A stretch of 64,000 nt of DNA from a virus, in the IMG/VR virus record IMGVR_UViG_3300020442_000017, positions 28,305-92,304 of that record, one strand, 5' to 3'. The notes below the pieces were generated by a model. The model ran no database searches, was not told the origin of the DNA, and saw only the letters and a program-made list of their open reading frames with translations. This document shows, in pieces, positions 46,201-54,414 of the stretch. Each line of letters starts with the position of its first letter. Position 1 is the first letter of the stretch. The position numbers and the translations under genes are program-made.

Positions 46201-46584
46201 GTATTCAGAGGTGCAGCAGAATCTCTCACCTTCAATCCAACAGAAAGAGAAATTCTCTTCTCCTTCAATGGAGAGCGTATATCAGAGAAGACTACCGCAA
46301 GAGAACTCAGTCAAGGTGGCACTCTTCTTGTTGGTAGTGAACTTGAAGCAATACGACTCACATTCAGTGAGCAACCTCATGTTGAGATTGCAGTTAATGG
46401 CGACAGTGTTGACCTACGTGCCTTTGCATATCAAGGATCTGGAAGAATTTCCAATGTCAATAATGTTGAGGATTCATTTGTACGTGCTCCATGGCAGGCT
46501 AGCGGCACAGTCAAGATTACAGGTGATGCACTCATTCAAGTACAACTCTTCCAGCCAGAGTTCGTACAGGTTTGGATTATCTAA
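40279..46584 (+). CDS. large repetitive virion structural/fibre protein
   Basis: 2101 aa with about 12 copies of G.AES.T(F/V)NP.ERQ.LFSF.G, plus DYG repeats. Confidence 0.75.
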   Translation: MTVYSYNTIGVFPSIIRTASGGLGSFSYVYEPSIIDLFIEIDYGTLAFDTTPVTTTTTVLVDDLNATLTNTILSDTGTGTGTTGGFNIGRHIRFNSTNKPRTVEFSLPNNIDSSLTFEVIRGNDANGGEDPDTLAESLNLEYYDGSSWTSIDTVVAYNDATFNTLKSVEITIPSVARAAGTQFRLIQPDHSGNNWDNYGLKSVAYTHTSTPVLPTKDLGNITDLNATIEDRGRIFYVTNVESFGFAKTLNAASWKATSAWVGEGSLISFGRQTSPAVYGYIADGKVRSLQGTADVEFTAVDGGSGFFPLQGSAIIGITADIIGSGRFTTLSGSAESVAVNPDERQILFSFTGQRSSERTTNIYNGVGTLSNLASLEEDRGFAWYGSGVITLQSNNDERKTDNYNHTSIVPWSTRDFGNITQCNAEEIVSGDLSGQAATGCTIVVEPNTTARVVLGQTYQTAQDVNYPSTFIDWGTITFPAAMSQDWGNILDRELRPQGLIRIDVEKGAASIFQPNWVGRGGLRLRGKATLPVFANEKGTGILHKIRGVAITNFSLLQPGDGLFKFVSDASSSTGVEAFGSGSFKKFGGAAESSTFNPLEEQILFSFGGAYSNLKFTHGTWIGSGRINNIASLEAEKGSFDYVGSGEINIISRKPVWPEDSDEKHTEAYNFSAFVPSIDLDYGLIVDITNVVVTELTTQTISTDTTAPSGVIRVGLNETVTLSAVYNVPNTTSVPTITDDYGLVSEVHDPTTDYGWILGTHAHGIPFGTVADITGTSENPRTRTYIASGDGLFKITGKARLPLFASVFGGGLFKPQGASVTNFSLLAPGDGHINGMYGEGAESTVTEYYGDGAFRKLSGAAESASFNPLERQMLFSFNGAVQNLAFAHGTFGGDGVLFTFEGGGERTSYDYVGSGSILTFNKLEEARTYFYNCSSIVPFLDIDYGLIVDQANAAVTDLTTQTISSDEIAATGSVRIGLNEVVTLGAVYTVPNQVTTPTTFIDYNIVNETEDELLDHGHILDSVQVGMPGCIYGTVEVRGVADIAFTPNNISRGELQLRGEARIFSILRNIGEGTLFAISGASSSSGAAYESTGLFQTLGFAEVAFVTEYAGSGAFRKLSGVAESITFNPLEKQMLFSFTGTAGIPSITLSHIGDGNLFTFDGTTDSTTFAHYGSGVISLRSKKPRPDVDSEEKHTEVYDLNIDCIQPEYDYGSLIDAALSQCTPTSGLINATTTAPTGCITLDGTLGIYPNVTYTVPVAVNSPTTLFDYGTVPDPEDGTDDYGWILDPTGKHCPFGQIHHIRGSSGPNSRTFREVFTGESEHKVYGINISGDAEIVVPPQWYGYGVLDVTSRPISITGFSLRTFGGGNLFGIGGGAESVTFVPSGGQVLFKFVPGPFDRWTTYDWQPSWQGRGAITLPDGEAVTRYVPHVTGTGNIPVFSGAAESLTVNPEERQLLFSFTGEVQEAFVANPPERTLQISFNNRGFTTGIFFVPHYPGDGLISVSGDANIHYVPHVIGTGSIPVFNGAAESLTVNPDERQMLFSFIGERLSEKKSVAEIGFGDILFSGTSGDPLLTFAEQPFGTVPVSGEAHIVASLLHVGSGTFRKLSGAAESATFNPQERDLLFSFTGERIAESTSFSEVASGTLFGFSGASETFAFAYETQGLFRVADEALVVASLLHVGSGTIRKFAGAAESLTVNPDERQLLFSFTGEGSQSLTVAETKQVEIDITGKADPVLRTQAFHGSGTFTVTGEVGVKYVPNNVGFGNIFAINGAAESITVNPDEKQMLFSFLGEVADSVTVREISKGGTLTFTGTSGDPLLSFAESGFGQTKLRGKVRFTTHRSIFGTGSFRKFGGSAEAVAFNPVERDALFRFVGDATHKITSVYIGSGSLRKLSGAAEAVAFNPDERQMLFSFAGDGADSRTAREVSQGGTLKTSGTAKVLVSFAHAGEGTIPLSGDARTTRARDFVGFGSIPVFRGAAESLTFNPTEREILFSFNGERISEKTTARELSQGGTLLVGSELEAIRLTFSEQPHVEIAVNGDSVDLRAFAYQGSGRISNVNNVEDSFVRAPWQASGTVKITGDALIQVQLFQPEFVQVWII

Positions 46585-46586
46585 AA

Positions 46587-46594
46587 TATAAATA
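46587..46594 (+). promoter_or_regulatory. T4-type late promoter
   Basis: TATAAATA. Confidence 0.75.
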
Positions 46595-46621
46595 TACTTG
46601 AGAAGAAAGTGTACGTAAATA

Positions 46622-47083
46622 ATGACCACTCAGGTACAATTTAGAAAAGGTACAACTTCAGAACACGCCATTTTCACTGGTGCTAATGCAGAGATAACAG
46701 TTGATACTGAAAAGAAAACAGCTGTTGTACATGATGGAAGTGATGTTGGTGGTTTTGAATTACAACGTGCTCGCTGGGAAGTAGTTGACACATCAGGAGA
46801 TTTATCCTGTGGTGTTAAATATCTTCTTGACACAAGCAGTGGTGCTTTAACATTGCAAATGCCATATGAATCAAATGGGGTAGTACCTCATGTAGGTGAT
46901 ATGCTTGAAATGACTGACTTTAAAGCAACATGGGCTATAAATAATGTTACTTTAACAACAACTGGTAACAGTCAGTTATTCTTAAACAAATTTGGAAACA
47001 CTGATTCAACCTTTGTATTAGATGTCGCTGGACTTTATGTTCAGTTTGTTTGGGACGGAACTTACTGGAGGATCTTAGCATGA
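46622..47083 (+). CDS. fibre-associated protein with Mtd-N-like domain
   Basis: MTTQVQFRKGTTSEHAIFTGANAEITVDTEKKTAVVHDG; C-terminal YLLDTSSGALTL..P...GD module. Confidence 0.7.
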   Translation: MTTQVQFRKGTTSEHAIFTGANAEITVDTEKKTAVVHDGSDVGGFELQRARWEVVDTSGDLSCGVKYLLDTSSGALTLQMPYESNGVVPHVGDMLEMTDFKATWAINNVTLTTTGNSQLFLNKFGNTDSTFVLDVAGLYVQFVWDGTYWRILA

Positions 47084-47445
47084 GTTTATATCTCAGTGCA
47101 AGCACCGCAACACAAGAACAAAATGTTGCAAATTCAAATGATTTTACCGTACATGCTCTAAGGAGAGACAAGGACGGTATGCTTCATTACACAAAGGCAA
47201 GATCTACAGAAGATGAAGTCTTTGATTTTCACCGCACAGATGGTGAAGAATATACAGATTTTCTTCAAGGAACAGAATATGTTCTTGCAGATACAGGTGA
47301 AAAGAAGTATTCAAATGATACTGATGATAAATACCAACAGTTCAGGTTTGACTTCAGACGCTTGACATATTTCATTGATAGTGATGGTTACTTAGTCGCA
47401 AGACTAAATAAAGATTATGATCATAACGCAAACGGCCCTAAGTAG
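47080..47445 (+). CDS. virion structural protein
   Basis: ATGA-coupled at 47080; HALRRDKDGML.YTK...YQQFRFD...YFIDSDGYLVARLN. Confidence 0.7.
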   Translation: MSLYLSASTATQEQNVANSNDFTVHALRRDKDGMLHYTKARSTEDEVFDFHRTDGEEYTDFLQGTEYVLADTGEKKYSNDTDDKYQQFRFDFRRLTYFIDSDGYLVARLNKDYDHNANGPK

Positions 47446-47457
47446 GAATTATAACAA

Positions 47458-50400
47458 ATGGCAGATTTTAGACTCGGTAGACTAAAGTTTAAGTGGAGAG
47501 GAGCATGGGCTGCCTCCACTGCTTTCGTCATTGACGATATCGTCAAGTATGGTGGCAACACATATGTGTGTACAACCAACCACACTTCATCAGGCACAAC
47601 CTCTTTTTACTCAAGTGACTTAAGTAATTGGGATCTTCATGTTGAAGGTATTGAAAATAGAGGTGACTGGTCTAGTGGATCTTGGTATAGACTTAATGAT
47701 GTAGTTAAGTACGGTAATACTCAGTACAGAACTACTACTGCTCATACTTCTACTGCCAATTTTGATTCCACCAAATTTGAAGTATACCTAGAGGGTCTTA
47801 ATTTTGAAGATTCTTGGGTATCTGGTACTGAGTACCAAAAGGGTGACGTTGTAACTTTCAGAGGTTATAGTTACGTTGCTAAAACAATTCATACCAGTGC
47901 AACCTCACCTAATGCTGATTCAACCAATTGGGAAGTATTAACAACTGGTTTTGAAGCACGTGGTGAATATGATGCTGCTACAGCATATGCTTTAGGTGAC
48001 GTTGTACGTTATGGTGGTAATTCCTACGTAAACAAACTATCTTCTACTGGTGTTGCTCCTACAGCCACTGCTAACTGGACTCTAATTACTGAGGGTCTTA
48101 ACTGGTTGGGTGCATGGGATTCTGCAACAGTTTACCAGAAGGGTGATGTTGTTAACAGAAACTCAAACTCTTATGTTTGTATCACTGATAACACTACTGG
48201 TGCTGGTAATGCTCCTGAATTAGATCCTAGCGGAAACTATTGGAACTACCTAGCACAGGGTGGTAACGCTGCTCAGGTTCTACAAGAGACTGGAGACCTT
48301 CTCTATCAGGCAGCAAGTGGTGTTAATAGAATCGCACTACCAACTGGGTCTACAGGCACCGCAGCAGAGCAAGCACAGGCATCTGGTCAAGTTCTAACAG
48401 TTGGTGGTTCTCCACTACTCCCAAGATGGGAAAAGAACAATACAACAGGTTCTGTATTCTACGTAACTAAGGAAGGTTCTGATACTAATAACGGTCTAAG
48501 CATCTCTAGAGGTTTTGCTTCACTAAGATATGCTTGTGATTATATCAGTGCTTTAACAGGTGCTGATGCTCCTTCTGCAACCAACCCAATCACAATTTTT
48601 GTTAAGGCAGGTACTTACGAAGAAGTTAACCCAATCGTTGTTCCTGAATTCGTTTCAATTATTGGTGACAACCTAAGAACTTCTGTTGTCAAACCAGCGG
48701 CTGGCGATTCTAACATGCAGTCTTTGACGTTGGGTGCGTCACTCACTCATATTCAATATGGTGAGATCATCTCCAACGCTGCTGGAACCAAAACTGCCAT
48801 GGTTCTAGATACAGATTATGGTTCTGCTGTTCATCTACTAAACTTAACTGGTGGTGTATGGAATTCTGGTGACAAGTATCTAGATATTGTTTCTAACAAA
48901 AATGCAGATGCTCGTAATCTAATCTTCAAAAACGCTAAGTTTATTGCATGGGAAGCATATCATCGCCATGCAGCAAATGAAGGTGCTGTAAATGGAACAG
49001 AAGCAGACGTTAAGAACACACTCCAATCTTACATTGAAGCAATTGCTTTCAATATCAGAGCAGGTGGTAACAATAAAGTCTATGATTATGCTGCTGCTTA
49101 TGTTGGTGGTACTGCAATCACAGGTAACACTACTCAAGATACTACACTAAACGGTTATATTGAGACTATTGCCGATCAATGTCTACGTGGTATTACTGTT
49201 AGTACTTCCGCTGGAAATACTGAAACACAGTATGTGGATAATACGATCACAAATGACTCTAATGATCCTGCTTGTCCTACAGTTACTGCTGCACTATCAA
49301 CACTCGCTGCTATTCTAGGCAATGCTATTAGTAGCAACAGCATGAGTGGTGCTACATCTACAGATACTTCTATCCAAGTTTCTTCAGTAGATACTCGTAG
49401 CAATGCTGAGTCTACAATGTGCTTACTTGGTTCTCATACTACCATTAAGGAAATGGTATTTGAGGGCATGAGTGGATTCGTTCCTTCTACAAGTGACGAT
49501 AAGGATATGGACACCGCTACAGTTAAGGGTGTCTTCTTCCGACTCAATCCTAACTCTGCAATCACCAAATCTCCTTACATTCAAAACTGTACTCTATTCT
49601 CTGGAGCAGCAGTTGGTATTCTACTTGATGGTGGTGTACACGCACATTATGATAATTCTTCAACACCATCTAACAAGTCAATGGTGTTTGACTCCTTCAC
49701 TCAAGTTATTGACGGTGGTGTTGGTTTCTATGTAACAAGAGGTGCTGCAACTGAGATTGTATCATCCTTCACATACTACGCACACATCTCTTACACTGCT
49801 ACACGTGGTGGTAGAATTCGTGCTGTTACTGGTAACTCATCTTACGGTAAGTATGGTGCGATTGCTAGAGGATTTAAATCTGATGAAGTTACCATTGATG
49901 GTAAAGTCAAGGGTAAGCGTCTCACAATTGATGTTTCAACTCCTCTAGGTGCAACATTCACTGTTGGTGAAAGAATTACAGGTGGAACTTCAGGTGCTAT
50001 TGGTGAACTGATTAACGATCAGTCTACCTCTGGATTCTTGTATTACTTCCCCATTAAAGGAACCTTTGTACAGGGTGAAACAATTACAGGTGGGACTTCC
50101 AACCTCACAGCAAATCTTGTAAACAATACAGATGCTGTTACTGGACAGAAAGGATTTATTCTTACTGTTGTAGATCTACAGAATGCTCCAGATGCTGGTG
50201 GTTCAGTTGAACTTCAAGACAATGGTGTTAACGATGACAGTGGTTCATATGTTATCTCCAATGCTAGTTACATCGCTCCTGATGGAAGAGGTTCATTGAC
50301 TGTAAATCGTGGTCAGTTTGGCACAACTGCTGCTGATCATGATGGTACAACCGCTATTGCTCTATTCCCAGACTCAGGAAGTTCTGCTACTTTGTCTGCT

Positions 50401-51867
50401 GATGTTCTAGTTGGTGCTTCATCTCCTGTAACCATGCAGGTTTCTAGCGTGACTGGCATGACCATTAATGGTTTCATTGCTATCGGTAACGAGTTGTTTA
50501 AGGTGGTATCATTCCCATCAGCAACATCCGTACAAGCATCACGTGCTGAAGAAGGTACTGCTGCTGAAGGTCACTCAACTAATGATGCTATTACCATCCT
50601 AAATGCAAAGATTGCATCTCAAGATGAACTAATTGAGGATGTTGCTGCTGCTGATGTTTCAATTCGTGTGAAGCAAGCAAGTGTTGGTCTTGATGCTGGT
50701 GACTATATTCTAATCGGTAGTGAGTTCATGAAACTCGCTGCTGTTGCTCCTGATACCAAAGGTATTACAACACTACAGTTTGCTGATGAGAAAGTTATTG
50801 AGGCAGGTGATGGACAGGACTTCAAGATCCGTTTCCAGTATTCACAAGTACGTCTAACTGCTCACGACTTCCTAGATGTTGGTACAGGCAGTAAAGCAAA
50901 TACTAACTGGCCTGGTCTACCCAACTCACCTAACGTTCCTTCATACGAAATTGATGAAGATCGTCCAGGTCGTGTTTACTACGTATCTACTGACCAAGAT
51001 GGTAACTTCTCTGTTGGTAAGTACTTCAGAGTTGAACAGGCAACTGGTAAGGCAACACTAGACGCTTCTGCGTTTGACCTATCTGGTCTATCAAGTTTGA
51101 GACTTGGTTCTATCGGTGCTCAGTTGGGTGCTGCTATTAACGAATTCTCAACTGATGGCACATTGTCTCAGAATAGCGACAATAAAGTTGCTACACAGAA
51201 GGCAGTTAAAACTTATGTTGACAACCTATCTTCTGTTGATGGTAACTTCCTCGTTGGTGGAAACCTCACAGTTAAGGGTACAACAACATCAATTAACTCT
51301 GTTACTTTAACATCCAAGGATCGTAATATTGAATTGGGTAAAGTTGCTGTTGCTACCTTCACTGGTGATATCACTGAAGGTTCAGCAGACATCACCAATT
51401 GTAGCGATATGGATAATATCGCACCTGGCGTAGCAATTACGCTAGATGCTGGTGGTGGTACAGTTACACTCGCTTCTGGCGGTGTTGTAACTGCTGTTTC
51501 TGGAACAACTGTAACACTTGATCAAGTGTTTGGTGGATCTGGATCTGCTACAGGTGCTACCTTCTCTACAGGGGGTGCTACAGATACAACAGCCGATACA
51601 GGTGGTATTACAATCAAGGGAACTACCGACAAGACAATCCAATGGTTGTCTTCTAATGGTAAGTTCAACTTTAGTAATGGTATTGAACTTGCTTCTGGTT
51701 TAGGAGTGACTATCAATGCAACTGATGTCTTAACAGAAACTACTATTTTTGGTAAGACAATTGCAACAACCTTAGGTACGGACGACACAACAATTCCAAC
51801 CTCAGGTGCTGTTGATGCAGCGGTGAAAGGTGTGTCTGCGACTGCATATTATATCTCAGCGGTCTAA
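47458..51867 (+). CDS. long tail fibre protein
   Basis: 1469 aa; MADFRLGRLKFKWRGAW, repeated W...T.Y..GDVV.YGG..Y carbohydrate-binding-like modules, FYVTKEGSDTN.G...AGTYEE beta-helix-like region. Confidence 0.8.
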   Translation: MADFRLGRLKFKWRGAWAASTAFVIDDIVKYGGNTYVCTTNHTSSGTTSFYSSDLSNWDLHVEGIENRGDWSSGSWYRLNDVVKYGNTQYRTTTAHTSTANFDSTKFEVYLEGLNFEDSWVSGTEYQKGDVVTFRGYSYVAKTIHTSATSPNADSTNWEVLTTGFEARGEYDAATAYALGDVVRYGGNSYVNKLSSTGVAPTATANWTLITEGLNWLGAWDSATVYQKGDVVNRNSNSYVCITDNTTGAGNAPELDPSGNYWNYLAQGGNAAQVLQETGDLLYQAASGVNRIALPTGSTGTAAEQAQASGQVLTVGGSPLLPRWEKNNTTGSVFYVTKEGSDTNNGLSISRGFASLRYACDYISALTGADAPSATNPITIFVKAGTYEEVNPIVVPEFVSIIGDNLRTSVVKPAAGDSNMQSLTLGASLTHIQYGEIISNAAGTKTAMVLDTDYGSAVHLLNLTGGVWNSGDKYLDIVSNKNADARNLIFKNAKFIAWEAYHRHAANEGAVNGTEADVKNTLQSYIEAIAFNIRAGGNNKVYDYAAAYVGGTAITGNTTQDTTLNGYIETIADQCLRGITVSTSAGNTETQYVDNTITNDSNDPACPTVTAALSTLAAILGNAISSNSMSGATSTDTSIQVSSVDTRSNAESTMCLLGSHTTIKEMVFEGMSGFVPSTSDDKDMDTATVKGVFFRLNPNSAITKSPYIQNCTLFSGAAVGILLDGGVHAHYDNSSTPSNKSMVFDSFTQVIDGGVGFYVTRGAATEIVSSFTYYAHISYTATRGGRIRAVTGNSSYGKYGAIARGFKSDEVTIDGKVKGKRLTIDVSTPLGATFTVGERITGGTSGAIGELINDQSTSGFLYYFPIKGTFVQGETITGGTSNLTANLVNNTDAVTGQKGFILTVVDLQNAPDAGGSVELQDNGVNDDSGSYVISNASYIAPDGRGSLTVNRGQFGTTAADHDGTTAIALFPDSGSSATLSADVLVGASSPVTMQVSSVTGMTINGFIAIGNELFKVVSFPSATSVQASRAEEGTAAEGHSTNDAITILNAKIASQDELIEDVAAADVSIRVKQASVGLDAGDYILIGSEFMKLAAVAPDTKGITTLQFADEKVIEAGDGQDFKIRFQYSQVRLTAHDFLDVGTGSKANTNWPGLPNSPNVPSYEIDEDRPGRVYYVSTDQDGNFSVGKYFRVEQATGKATLDASAFDLSGLSSLRLGSIGAQLGAAINEFSTDGTLSQNSDNKVATQKAVKTYVDNLSSVDGNFLVGGNLTVKGTTTSINSVTLTSKDRNIELGKVAVATFTGDITEGSADITNCSDMDNIAPGVAITLDAGGGTVTLASGGVVTAVSGTTVTLDQVFGGSGSATGATFSTGGATDTTADTGGITIKGTTDKTIQWLSSNGKFNFSNGIELASGLGVTINATDVLTETTIFGKTIATTLGTDDTTIPTSGAVDAAVKGVSATAYYISAV

Positions 51868-51873
51868 GTATTT

Positions 51874-51881
51874 TATAAATA
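51874..51881 (+). promoter_or_regulatory. T4-type late promoter
   Basis: TATAAATA. Confidence 0.7.
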
Positions 51882-51932
51882 AATTAACAACACTAAACTG
51901 GTAAATTTTTAAATTAAACGGAGTAACCTAAC

Positions 51933-52244
51933 ATGGCTTCTGGAGTATACGGAAAAGTAGATGTCTCAAGTGCAAGCACTTGGACTGAAGTTGTATCTGC
52001 CGCAGCAGGTACAAGGGTAGCGACCCTAAATATCGCCAACCGCCAGGGTAGTGCAACCACTGTTAGGGTTGCTCTACGTGACGCAACAGGTAACATTACA
52101 GATGCTGATTGCATTGAGTATGATGTTAGTCTTCCTGCAAATGGCGTTCTAGAGAGAACAGGCATCGTTTTAGACGCCAACAACGGATTGCATGTCTATG
52201 CATCAGCAGCAGTCACAGCTGTTGCTTATGGCATTGATGGCTGA
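51933..52244 (+). CDS. small fibre-associated structural protein
   Basis: 103 aa; IEYDVSLPANGVLERTGIVL; GGAG RBS. Confidence 0.7.
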   Translation: MASGVYGKVDVSSASTWTEVVSAAAGTRVATLNIANRQGSATTVRVALRDATGNITDADCIEYDVSLPANGVLERTGIVLDANNGLHVYASAAVTAVAYGIDG

Positions 52245-52281
52245 ATCTGACAAACATTAACCAAGGAATAGGAATAAAAAA

Positions 52282-53766
52282 ATGGGAAGAAGAATTACAA
52301 TCCAAGAAAGTGGTGGAGGCGGCGGCACAGGCAACGCACATAAGGAAGATCCGTTTGATCAACCTTGTTTTAGTGCCTATAACGGTAGCTATAACTACTC
52401 AACTGGTTGGTTCACATGGGACCACAACCTAAACGTTCATAACTGGATCATTGGTGATAACAATGGTTACTCCCAGTATCGTTCTGATAACTCATCTCAG
52501 AACACTGAATTCATTAACGAACAAGGTTCTGACAACTGGTTCAACACTTGGAGTGAACCAAGCAGTTCTACTGATCGTGTAAACCTACTTTGTTATTCTG
52601 GATATCTAGGTCACCAGAACTTCCTCAATGGTTCCTGCCGAGGCAGTGCCACTCCTTGGTTCGTTCATACAAATGGTTCTAGTTACCGTTCATACGGTTT
52701 CAGAGACGTTTGTACTCTTCCTGGTGAAACTCATCAAGACTACGCTGTGTTCGTTCAATGGGGCGGCACGATGCGTATGTGTCAAAGATCCTCTAGTGAA
52801 TACTGGATGGGTTATAACTATGGTAAACTTCCTACAATTGATGTTCCAGATGGTTGGTCTAACCAAATGTATGGTGCTGGTTCCTACAACAGAAAGACCA
52901 AGAAAATGGTCTTCATGGAAACCAACGACAGTTATACATATCAACCATGGTTGTGGGAGAATGTCCCCAACCTAAGAGCTGTTGCCAACAACGGTGGTAA
53001 CTTTGAATATGATCACGCTGATCAGTATAATGCTTACGGCACCAGCAGTCTTCAGGCTTACTTCAACCAGACTTCTAACAGAAAGACTGGTAGTTATCCC
53101 AATAGTGGTTACTATGACTACGCAAGTGGCAAACCAACTAACCAGACTACAGAAGATCAACGGAGATGTATTACTGTTCTCTGTGATAACGATAGAATCG
53201 TTATGTTCCAAATGATTCCTAGCTACGGTGCTTGGGCATGTAGATGGAATTCTCCAACTGTAGATGGTAATGGTAATTCTCAAAACATTTACACTTGGAA
53301 CGGTACTACATCTTATGGTATTGACCAAGGTGAAAGATATGGTGCTAGATGGACAATGACCAGTGATGGTAGATACATCGCAATGTACTGCCCTTACTAC
53401 TATTATGGTTCTGGTATCTTTATTGCTATTACCAGAGTATCTGATGGTAAGACATTACGTAGTTCTTGGACAACTTCAAGTGAATCTGTAATTCCTGTAC
53501 CATTTGGTAAGTCTAACTTCCTGATGGTATCCAGTAGAAACACTGACGGCGGTCAAGGTATTAGATTTACCCAGTTCAACTGTGACTTCAGATTCGGTAC
53601 TAACAACGACGTTGGGGATCCAGATATGACTGGAGCAATTGACGCTTCTAGTTATCAGTTTGATAGTACTTATTACACTACATCTTATCCAGGTATTATT
53701 CCATCAATCTATAATACTTCTCTGTTTAACACAGAACTTGATACTGATTATACAAACGCAGGATAA
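52282..53766 (+). CDS. putative receptor-binding / distal fibre protein
   Basis: 494 aa rich in Tyr, Trp, Asn and Gly; lies between a fibre gene and a chaperone-like gene. Confidence 0.5.
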   Translation: MGRRITIQESGGGGGTGNAHKEDPFDQPCFSAYNGSYNYSTGWFTWDHNLNVHNWIIGDNNGYSQYRSDNSSQNTEFINEQGSDNWFNTWSEPSSSTDRVNLLCYSGYLGHQNFLNGSCRGSATPWFVHTNGSSYRSYGFRDVCTLPGETHQDYAVFVQWGGTMRMCQRSSSEYWMGYNYGKLPTIDVPDGWSNQMYGAGSYNRKTKKMVFMETNDSYTYQPWLWENVPNLRAVANNGGNFEYDHADQYNAYGTSSLQAYFNQTSNRKTGSYPNSGYYDYASGKPTNQTTEDQRRCITVLCDNDRIVMFQMIPSYGAWACRWNSPTVDGNGNSQNIYTWNGTTSYGIDQGERYGARWTMTSDGRYIAMYCPYYYYGSGIFIAITRVSDGKTLRSSWTTSSESVIPVPFGKSNFLMVSSRNTDGGQGIRFTQFNCDFRFGTNNDVGDPDMTGAIDASSYQFDSTYYTTSYPGIIPSIYNTSLFNTELDTDYTNAG

Positions 53767-53776
53767 TCATAATCCA

Positions 53777-53801
53777 TGGGTCACTCTACTAGGGTGACCC
53801 A
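53777..53801 (+). terminator. intergenic stem-loop
   Basis: TGGGTCAC...GTGACCCA; no clear U-tract on the + strand. Confidence 0.45.
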
Positions 53802-53840
53802 AACTAATAAATATATTTACAGGAAAGGTAATTAATTCAA

Positions 53841-54356
53841 ATGGCGTACTTAATTTACGATACAATCTCTGGGGAAACTGTTACACAGTTTGATTACGAC
53901 CCCACTGAAGGTGGTTCTAAACCACTGATGGATGGGTTCCTTATGTTTGAAGGAGAAATTGACGGTAGTAAAAATCTTCAGATGGCATATCGCCCAAATG
54001 CAGAAGGAACTGCTTTGGTAAATCCTTTTGAGGGAATGTCAATTGAAGACCAAACCAAAGAACATGCCAAAGAAATTTTGGTTAGAACTGCTAAAGATAT
54101 GAAAGCAGCTAAACTAAAACTTATCAAAACAAATTGTAGGAAGAAACTAGAAGATGAATTTGGCAGATCATCTTGGAAAGTGGAAAAAGCACAAGAACAA
54201 GATCTCATTAATGGCAACACTGATGCCATGAGAGCACTTGCTTTAGAGAAGCAAGCGATTCGTGATGGTAATAATGCTCTAGAAGTAAAACTTCAAGCAC
54301 TAGATCCTGCCACTGATGCACAAGCAATCGTTGATTTTGATCCTGATGATTTCTGA
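53841..54356 (+). CDS. putative tail fibre assembly chaperone-like protein
   Basis: 171 aa; helical C-terminus W..EKAQEQD...KQAIRD.NNALE; located after the fibre cassette. Confidence 0.5.
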   Translation: MAYLIYDTISGETVTQFDYDPTEGGSKPLMDGFLMFEGEIDGSKNLQMAYRPNAEGTALVNPFEGMSIEDQTKEHAKEILVRTAKDMKAAKLKLIKTNCRKKLEDEFGRSSWKVEKAQEQDLINGNTDAMRALALEKQAIRDGNNALEVKLQALDPATDAQAIVDFDPDDF

Positions 54357-54378
54357 TTTCCAAAGTAACATTTGAATT

Positions 54379-54414
54379 TATAAATACCCCTAGGAAACAC
54401 TAGGGGTATTTTTT
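54379..54414 (+). promoter_or_regulatory. late promoter nested in a terminator-like hairpin
   Basis: TATAAATA 54379-54386 overlaps AAATACCCCTAG-GAAACA-CTAGGGGTATTT-TTT. Confidence 0.75.

Noticed and set aside
46936-46943. TATAAATA inside the 46622-47083 gene
   Set aside because: It is intragenic and the downstream gene is already translationally coupled; it may be chance in AT-rich DNA
46622-54356. Diversity-generating retroelement, suggested by the Mtd-N-like domain and a candidate receptor-binding protein
   Set aside because: No reverse transcriptase and no TR/VR pair differing at adenines was seen in the window; Mtd-N is a common fibre anchor domain
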